Assembly: GCA_963796055.1 (NCBI GenBank)
Contig: CAWCKH010000004.1
Span: forward strand, 2,112,001-2,176,000
Origin: an uncultured delta proteobacterium
Lineage (GTDB): Bacteria > Myxococcota > Myxococcia > Myxococcales > Myxococcaceae
Reading direction: 5' to 3'
DNA: 64,000 nucleotides
A program made the position numbers and the translations under genes. The notes under the pieces were generated by a model. The model was not told where the DNA came from. It worked only from the letters and a program-made list of their open reading frames with translations, and made no database searches. Shown piece after piece: positions 58,256 to 64,000 of the stretch. Each line of letters starts with the position of its first letter. The stretch's first letter is position 1.

Positions 58256-59382
58256 ATCCACTTCTGCAACTGGCCGAGCTGGGCCAGAGCATCTGGCTCG
58301 ACTACATGCGGCGGGACCTGGTCACCGGCGGAGAGCTGCAGAAGCTCATCCGCGAGGACGGCCTCAAGGGTCTCACCTCGAACCCCACCATCTTCCAGAA
58401 GGCGGTGGAGAGCAGCAATCTCTACGACGACCTCTTCGCCGAGTGGGCTTCCAAGAAGGCGAGCCCGGGCGAGGTCTTCGAGGCCCTGGCGGTCCGGGAC
58501 ATCCGCGACGCCACCCGCATCTTCCGCCCGGTCTGGGAAGAGACACGGCACCGTGACGGGTACTCGTCGATCGAGGTCTCGCCCACCCTGGCCCACGACA
58601 CCGAAGGGTCGCTGACCGAGGCCCGGCGCCTGTGGAAGGCCCTCTCGGTCCCCAACGTGATGATCAAGATCCCCGGGACGAAGGAGGGAGTGCCGGCGAT
58701 CGAGCAGGCCATCTCCGAGGGGATCAACGTCAACGTCACCCTGCTCTTCAGCCAGGAAGCCTACGTGCAGGTGGCCGAGGCCTACATCCGGGGGCTGGAG
58801 AAGCGGGCCGCGCGCGGCGAGGACGTCTCCCAGCTCGCCTCGGTGGCCAGCTTCTTCGTCAGCCGCATCGATTCTCTGGTGGAGAAGATCATCGCCCAGC
58901 GGGGAAAGGCCGGCGCCACCCCGGAGCAGAAGCGGCTGTTCGACCAGGTGATGGGGAAGGTGGCCATCGCCAACGCCAAGCAGGCCTACCAGCGGTACTT
59001 GAAGCTGTACTCCGGCGCGCGCTGGAAGGCGCTGGCGGACAAGGGCGCGCAGACGCAGCGAGTGCTCTGGGCCAGCACCGGGACGAAGAATCCGAAGTAC
59101 TCGGACGTGCTCTATGTCGAGGAGCTGATCGGCCCGGAGACCGTGAACACCGTTCCCCCGGCGACGCTGGACGTCTTCCGCGACCATGGCAAGCCCCGGC
59201 GCACGCTGGACCAGGGGCTGGACGAGGCCGACGCCACGATGCGGGCGCTGGAGAAGGCGGGCATCTCGATGAAGGAGGTCACCGACCAGCTGGTGGTCGA
59301 GGGCGTCAAGTCCTTCGCCGACAGCTTCCAGGCGCTGCTCACCGCGGTGGGCGCCCGGGTGGCTGTCGGAGGCAAGCGGTGA
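58252..59382 (+). CDS. tal: Transaldolase
   Basis: GQSIWLD, GLTSNPTIF, SIEVSP, MIKIPGT, NVTLLFS, SFFVSRID and LWASTGTK. Confidence 0.96.
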   Translation: MNPLLQLAELGQSIWLDYMRRDLVTGGELQKLIREDGLKGLTSNPTIFQKAVESSNLYDDLFAEWASKKASPGEVFEALAVRDIRDATRIFRPVWEETRHRDGYSSIEVSPTLAHDTEGSLTEARRLWKALSVPNVMIKIPGTKEGVPAIEQAISEGINVNVTLLFSQEAYVQVAEAYIRGLEKRAARGEDVSQLASVASFFVSRIDSLVEKIIAQRGKAGATPEQKRLFDQVMGKVAIANAKQAYQRYLKLYSGARWKALADKGAQTQRVLWASTGTKNPKYSDVLYVEELIGPETVNTVPPATLDVFRDHGKPRRTLDQGLDEADATMRALEKAGISMKEVTDQLVVEGVKSFADSFQALLTAVGARVAVGGKR

Positions 59383-61094
59383 GTGCGGTCGATGGCATCG
59401 CCCTCCAGCTCCCGGCGGAGCTGAAGGCGGAGGTGGACCGCACCCTGGCCGAGTGGGACCAGGGCAAGAAGATGCAGCGCCTCTGGGACCGGGACGCCTC
59501 GCTGTGGACGGGGCAGGACGAGGCGAAGTGGCTCGGCTGGCTGGACATCGTCGACCCCGGGAGCCCGGTGAGCCCGGAGCTGGGAAGCTTCCTCCAGTCG
59601 ATCGCCCAGGACCGCTTCAGCCAAGCCCTGGTGCTCGGCATGGGCGGCAGCTCTCTGTGCCCCGAGGTGATGGCCCAGACCTACGGGCCGGTGAGGGGCA
59701 ACCCCGAGCTGCTGGTGCTCGACTCGACCGATCCGGTCCAGGTCGAGTCGTTCGCCCGTCGGGTCGATCCGGCGCGCACGCTGTTCATCGTCTCCAGCAA
59801 GAGCGGGAGCACGCTCGAGCCGAACATCTTCTTCCAGTTCTTCTGGGCGAGGGCGGTGGAGGCGGTGGGGCAGGAGAAGGCCGGGCGGCACTTCGTGGCC
59901 GTCACCGACCCGGGGTCGAAGATGGAGCAGGTGGCGAAGGAGCACCGTTTCCGGGCCATCTTCCCCGGACGCCCGAGCGTAGGCGGTCGCTATTCGGCGC
60001 TCTCCAACTTCGGCCTGGTCCCGGCCGGGGTGATGGGCGTGGACCTCCCGCGGTTCCTCGGCAACACGCTGGCCATGGTGCAGGCCTGCGCGGGCTCGGT
60101 GCCGGCGTCGAGGAACCCCGGTGGGCTCCTCGGAGCGGTGCTGGGCACTCTGGGCAAGGGAGGCCGCAACAAGGTGACGCTGGTCGCGAGCCCGGGCATC
60201 GGGGACGTGGGCGCGTGGCTGGAGCAGCTGATCGCCGAGTCGACGGGGAAGCAGGGCAAGGGGCTCATCCCGGTGGATCGCGAGGCGCTCGGCGGGCCGG
60301 AGAAGTACGGCCAGGACCGGATCTTCGCCTACCTCCGCCTCGAGTCGGCGCCGGACCAGGGCCAGGACCGGGGCGTGGACGCGCTGGCGAGGGCGGGGCA
60401 ACCGGTGGTGCGCATCCCCGTCCAGGAGCCCTACTCGCTCGGGCAGGAGTTCTTCCGCTGGGAGATCGCCACCGCGGTGGCGGGCGCAATCCTGGGCATC
60501 AACCCGTTCGACCAGCCGGACGTCGAGGCGAGCAAGATCGAGACGCGGAAGCTGACCGAGGCGTACGAGAAGACTGGCGCGCTCCCCGAGGAGCGGCCGT
60601 TCCTCGAGGACGGGCCGGTGGCGCTGTTCGCCGATCCGGCCAACACGCAGGCGCTCCAGGGCGGCGAGTCGTTCCCCGAGGTGCTCCGGACGCACCTCGG
60701 CCGGCTGAAGGCCGGTGACTACCTCGGGCTGCTGGCCTACGTCCCGACGTTCCCGGAGAACGAGGCGGTGCTCCAGGCGGGACGCATCCGGGTGCGGGAC
60801 GCGAGGAAGGTGGCCACCTGTCTCGGATTCGGGCCGCGGTTCCTGCACTCCACCGGCCAGGCCTACAAGGGTGGGCCCAACACCGGCGTGTTCCTGCAGG
60901 TCACCTGTGAGGATCCGGTGCAGCTCCCCGTCCCGGGCCAGAAGTTCTCGTTTGGTCTGGTGAAGGCGGCGCAGGCCCGGGGCGACTTCGAGGTGCTCGC
61001 GGCGCGCAAGCGGCGGGCGCTGCGGGTGCACCTCCGGGGTCCACTCGAGGCGGCGCTCCGGGCGCTGCGCGAGGCCATCGACCAGGCGGTCTGA
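59379..61094 (+). CDS. pgi: Glucose-6-phosphate isomerase (type usually fused to transaldolase)
   Basis: [50 protein letters not shown] and [10 protein letters not shown]. Confidence 0.92.
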   Translation: MSAVDGIALQLPAELKAEVDRTLAEWDQGKKMQRLWDRDASLWTGQDEAKWLGWLDIVDPGSPVSPELGSFLQSIAQDRFSQALVLGMGGSSLCPEVMAQTYGPVRGNPELLVLDSTDPVQVESFARRVDPARTLFIVSSKSGSTLEPNIFFQFFWARAVEAVGQEKAGRHFVAVTDPGSKMEQVAKEHRFRAIFPGRPSVGGRYSALSNFGLVPAGVMGVDLPRFLGNTLAMVQACAGSVPASRNPGGLLGAVLGTLGKGGRNKVTLVASPGIGDVGAWLEQLIAESTGKQGKGLIPVDREALGGPEKYGQDRIFAYLRLESAPDQGQDRGVDALARAGQPVVRIPVQEPYSLGQEFFRWEIATAVAGAILGINPFDQPDVEASKIETRKLTEAYEKTGALPEERPFLEDGPVALFADPANTQALQGGESFPEVLRTHLGRLKAGDYLGLLAYVPTFPENEAVLQAGRIRVRDARKVATCLGFGPRFLHSTGQAYKGGPNTGVFLQVTCEDPVQLPVPGQKFSFGLVKAAQARGDFEVLAARKRRALRVHLRGPLEAALRALREAIDQAV

Positions 61095-61147
61095 GACGGG
61101 AGCGAGGGCAGTCCTCACCAGGCAGTCGGGAGTCAGGAGCGACAGCA

Positions 61148-62119
61148 ATGCAGATCGGGATGATCGGCCTGGGCCGGATGGGCGGGAACATGGTCCGCCG
61201 GCTGATGAAGGACGGGCACAGCTGCGTGGTGAACGACCGTGGCGCGGACGTGGTGGCGGCGTTCGCCCGGGAGGGTGCCAACCCAGCGAGGAGCCTGGAG
61301 GAGCTGGTCGGCAAGCTCCAGAAGCCGCGCGCGGTGTGGATCATGGTTCCGGCCGGCGCGCCCACCGAGGAGACCGTGCAGTCGCTGGCCAGGCTGCTCG
61401 AGGCCGGGGACACGATCATCGACGGGGGGAACAGCTTCTTCAAGGACGACGTCCGGCGCTCGAAGGAGGTCGGCAAGAAGGGCATCCACTACGTGGACGC
61501 CGGGACCAGCGGCGGGGTGTGGGGCGTCGAGCGCGGCTACTGCCTGATGGTGGGTGGCCCGAAGGAGGCGGTGCAGCGCATCGAGCCGGTGCTCCGGACG
61601 CTCGCCCCGGGCAAGGGCGACATCCCGGCCACGCCCGGCCGCGACGGCAAGAGCACCGCGGAGCTGGGCTACCTCCACTGCGGCCCGTCGGGCGCGGGCC
61701 ACTTCGTGAAGATGGTCCACAACGGCATCGAGTACGGCCTGATGCAGGCCTACGCAGAGGGGTTCGACATCTTCAAGAACGCCGGCTCGGAGCAGCTCCC
61801 CGAGGACATCCGCTACGAGCTGAACATCGCCGACATCGCCGAGCTCTGGCGGCGGGGAAGCGTGGTCTCCAGCTGGCTGCTGGACCTGACCAGCATCGCG
61901 CTGGCGGAGGACCCGAAGCTCGAGGGCTACTCGGGCTTCGTGCAGGACTCGGGCGAGGGCCGGTGGACGGTGCAGGCGGCGGTGGAGGAGGCGGTTCCGG
62001 CCGAGGTGCTGACTGCCGCGCTCTACACCCGCTTCCGCTCCCGGCAGCAGCACACCTTCGCCGAGAAGCTGCTCTCCGCGATGCGAAAACAGTTCGGTGG
62101 CCACGTGGAGCCCAAGTAA
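61148..62119 (+). CDS. gnd: 6-phosphogluconate dehydrogenase, decarboxylating (short form)
   Basis: [37 protein letters not shown] and MRKQFGGH. Confidence 0.95.
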   Translation: MQIGMIGLGRMGGNMVRRLMKDGHSCVVNDRGADVVAAFAREGANPARSLEELVGKLQKPRAVWIMVPAGAPTEETVQSLARLLEAGDTIIDGGNSFFKDDVRRSKEVGKKGIHYVDAGTSGGVWGVERGYCLMVGGPKEAVQRIEPVLRTLAPGKGDIPATPGRDGKSTAELGYLHCGPSGAGHFVKMVHNGIEYGLMQAYAEGFDIFKNAGSEQLPEDIRYELNIADIAELWRRGSVVSSWLLDLTSIALAEDPKLEGYSGFVQDSGEGRWTVQAAVEEAVPAEVLTAALYTRFRSRQQHTFAEKLLSAMRKQFGGHVEPK

Positions 62120-63652
62120 ATGGTGCAGAAGCTCGAGACGGCGCTCACCCCTCCGCACAACCGAACCGCCGACCCCTGCGTGGTGGTCATCTTCGGGGCC
62201 TCGGGGGATCTCACCCGGCGGAAGCTCATCCCGGCGATCCTGAACCTCCAGAACGCAGGCTTCCTGCCCCGAAACCTGGCGGTGGTGGGCGTCGCCCGAT
62301 CGCAGATGAGCAACGCGCAGTTCCGGGACGAGGTGAAGCCGGACGAGAAGGTGCTCTCCACCGAGCCGGTCCGCGCCGCGTGGGGGGCGCTGTCCGAGCG
62401 CATCTTCTACTTCGCGGCGGACGCGACCAAGCCCGAGTCGTTCGCCGGCCTGGCCGAGTTCCTCAAGAAGACCGATACCCAGGTGGGCACCCCGGGGAAT
62501 TATCTGTTCTACCTCTCGGTCTCCCCGAGCTTCTTCGCCCCGATCATCCAGAATCTCGGCAAGAGCGGGCTGGCCAAGGAGGAGAACGGGCGCTGGCGGA
62601 GGGTGATCATCGAGAAGCCGTTCGGGCACGATCTGCCGACCGCGGTGGAGCTGAACAAGACCATCAAGGCAGTGCTCGACGAGAGGCAGATCTTCCGCAT
62701 CGACCACTACCTGGGGAAGGAGACGGTCCAGAACCTCATGGTCTTCCGGTTCGGGAACGGGATGTTCGAGCCGATCTGGAACCGGAACTACATCGACCAC
62801 GTGCAGATCACCGTGGCCGAGGAGCTGGGGGTCGAGGGACGCGGCCCGTACTACGACACCGCCGGGGCGCTGCGGGACATGGTGCCCAACCACATCGCCC
62901 AGCTGATCAGCCTGGTGGGGATGGAGCCGCCGATCTCGTTCAGTGCCGACGCGGTGCGGGATGAGCAGGTGAAGCTGCTGGACTCCATCGAGCAGCTCTC
63001 GCCGGAAGACGTGCTCCACTACGCAGTGCGTGGTCAGTACGGGCCGGGGGAGACCGAGGGGAAGAAGGTGCCCGGATACCGCCAGGAGGAGAAGGTCCCG
63101 CCGGACAGCAACACCGAGACCTTCGTGGCGCTGCGCCTGATGGTGGACAACTGGCGCTGGGCGGGGGTGCCCTTCTACGCCCGGACCGGGAAGCGGCTGC
63201 CGAAGCGGATGACCCAGATCGTCATCCAGTTCAAGCACGCCCCGGCGATGCTGTTCCAGCACACCTCGGTGGACCGCCTGACCACCAATCGCCTGTACAT
63301 CCACATCCAGCCCAAGGAGGGCATCTCGCTCCGCTTCGGGGCGAAGGTGCCGGGCCCGGTGCTGACCATGGGCGCGGTGGAGATGGACTTCGACTACGTC
63401 GACTACTTCGGCAAGGTGCCGAGCACCGGGTACGAGACACTGCTCTACGACGCGATGATCGGTGACGCCACGCTGTTCCAGCGGGCGGACATGGTGGAGG
63501 GAGGCTGGGCGATGGTGCAGCCGATCCTCGACGTGTGGAAGGCGCTGCCGCCGCGGAACTTCCCCAACTACCCGGCCGGCACCTCGGGCCCCCCGGAGGC
63601 GGACGAGCTGCTGAAGCGGGAGGGCCGTCACTGGGAGAACTCGGGGACGTGA
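62120..63652 (+). CDS. zwf: Glucose-6-phosphate 1-dehydrogenase
   Basis: [34 protein letters not shown] and RWAGVPF. Confidence 0.97.
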   Translation: MVQKLETALTPPHNRTADPCVVVIFGASGDLTRRKLIPAILNLQNAGFLPRNLAVVGVARSQMSNAQFRDEVKPDEKVLSTEPVRAAWGALSERIFYFAADATKPESFAGLAEFLKKTDTQVGTPGNYLFYLSVSPSFFAPIIQNLGKSGLAKEENGRWRRVIIEKPFGHDLPTAVELNKTIKAVLDERQIFRIDHYLGKETVQNLMVFRFGNGMFEPIWNRNYIDHVQITVAEELGVEGRGPYYDTAGALRDMVPNHIAQLISLVGMEPPISFSADAVRDEQVKLLDSIEQLSPEDVLHYAVRGQYGPGETEGKKVPGYRQEEKVPPDSNTETFVALRLMVDNWRWAGVPFYARTGKRLPKRMTQIVIQFKHAPAMLFQHTSVDRLTTNRLYIHIQPKEGISLRFGAKVPGPVLTMGAVEMDFDYVDYFGKVPSTGYETLLYDAMIGDATLFQRADMVEGGWAMVQPILDVWKALPPRNFPNYPAGTSGPPEADELLKREGRHWENSGT

Positions 63653-64000
63653 TCGTCGCCGGCGACATCGGCGGGACCAATGCCCGCCTGGCAACGTTCG
63701 AGTCCCAGGCCGGGCAGCTGCTCCTGACCAGGGAGATCGTCTACCGGAGCCGCTCGGCGGCGGATCTGGAGACCATCGTCCGCCAGTTCGTGGAGGAGAC
63801 GCGCCCGAGGGCAACCGCGGCGGCGCTGGGCGTGGCCGGGCCGGTGAAGGACGGACGGACCGAGACGCCCAATCTCCCCTGGGCGGTCGACTCCCGCAGG
63901 CTGGCGGACATCCTGGGTGTGCCGAAGCTCACCCTGCTCAATGATCTCAAGGCCAACGCCTACGGGCTGCAACACCTCGGGCCCACCGACTTTGCCATGC
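63649..64000 (+). CDS. glk: Glucokinase (partial, runs off the window)
   Basis: GTGA overlap with zwf; [24 protein letters not shown] and LLND. Confidence 0.9.
   Translation, partial: MIVAGDIGGTNARLATFESQAGQLLLTREIVYRSRSAADLETIVRQFVEETRPRATAAALGVAGPVKDGRTETPNLPWAVDSRRLADILGVPKLTLLNDLKANAYGLQHLGPTDFAM

Overview
A 64 kb, very GC-rich, gene-dense bacterial window. It is most likely from a myxobacterium (Myxococcota), inferred from MYXO-CTERM-like sorting tails, an enlarged TatC and small proteins I recall as typical of that group. Housekeeping content: dapB end, folK, a KpsF/KdsD isomerase, a Liv-type ABC transporter operon, etfBA, acyl-CoA synthetase, Ca2+/H+ exchanger, an RluA pseudouridine synthase, PBP1A, an HDAC-family deacetylase, tatBC, ohr, yceI and a tkt-tal-pgi-gnd-zwf-glk cluster. 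No transposase, integrase, phage gene, rRNA, tRNA or CRISPR array was recognised. Best candidates for undescribed biology: (1) two paralogous modules, each a small lipoprotein with a conserved PDG-x5-CVDS motif coupled to a MYXO-CTERM-anchored PA-domain zinc protease, one of them divergent from a catalytically dead archaemetzincin-like lipoprotein; (2) a long thiolase-fold protein that lacks the canonical Cys and appears to continue through a frameshift into a nucleotide-cyclase-like domain; (3) a strongly base-paired multi-branch intergenic element at about 25.75-25.96 kb; (4) a stand-alone beta-CASP nuclease ending in a QLDLF clamp-binding motif; (5) a REP-like repeat placed right at TAG stops of convergent gene pairs. 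Two apparent single-base frameshifts suggest assembly indel errors, so frameshift-based calls need read-level checks. All family assignments come from motif recognition by eye; no database search was run.
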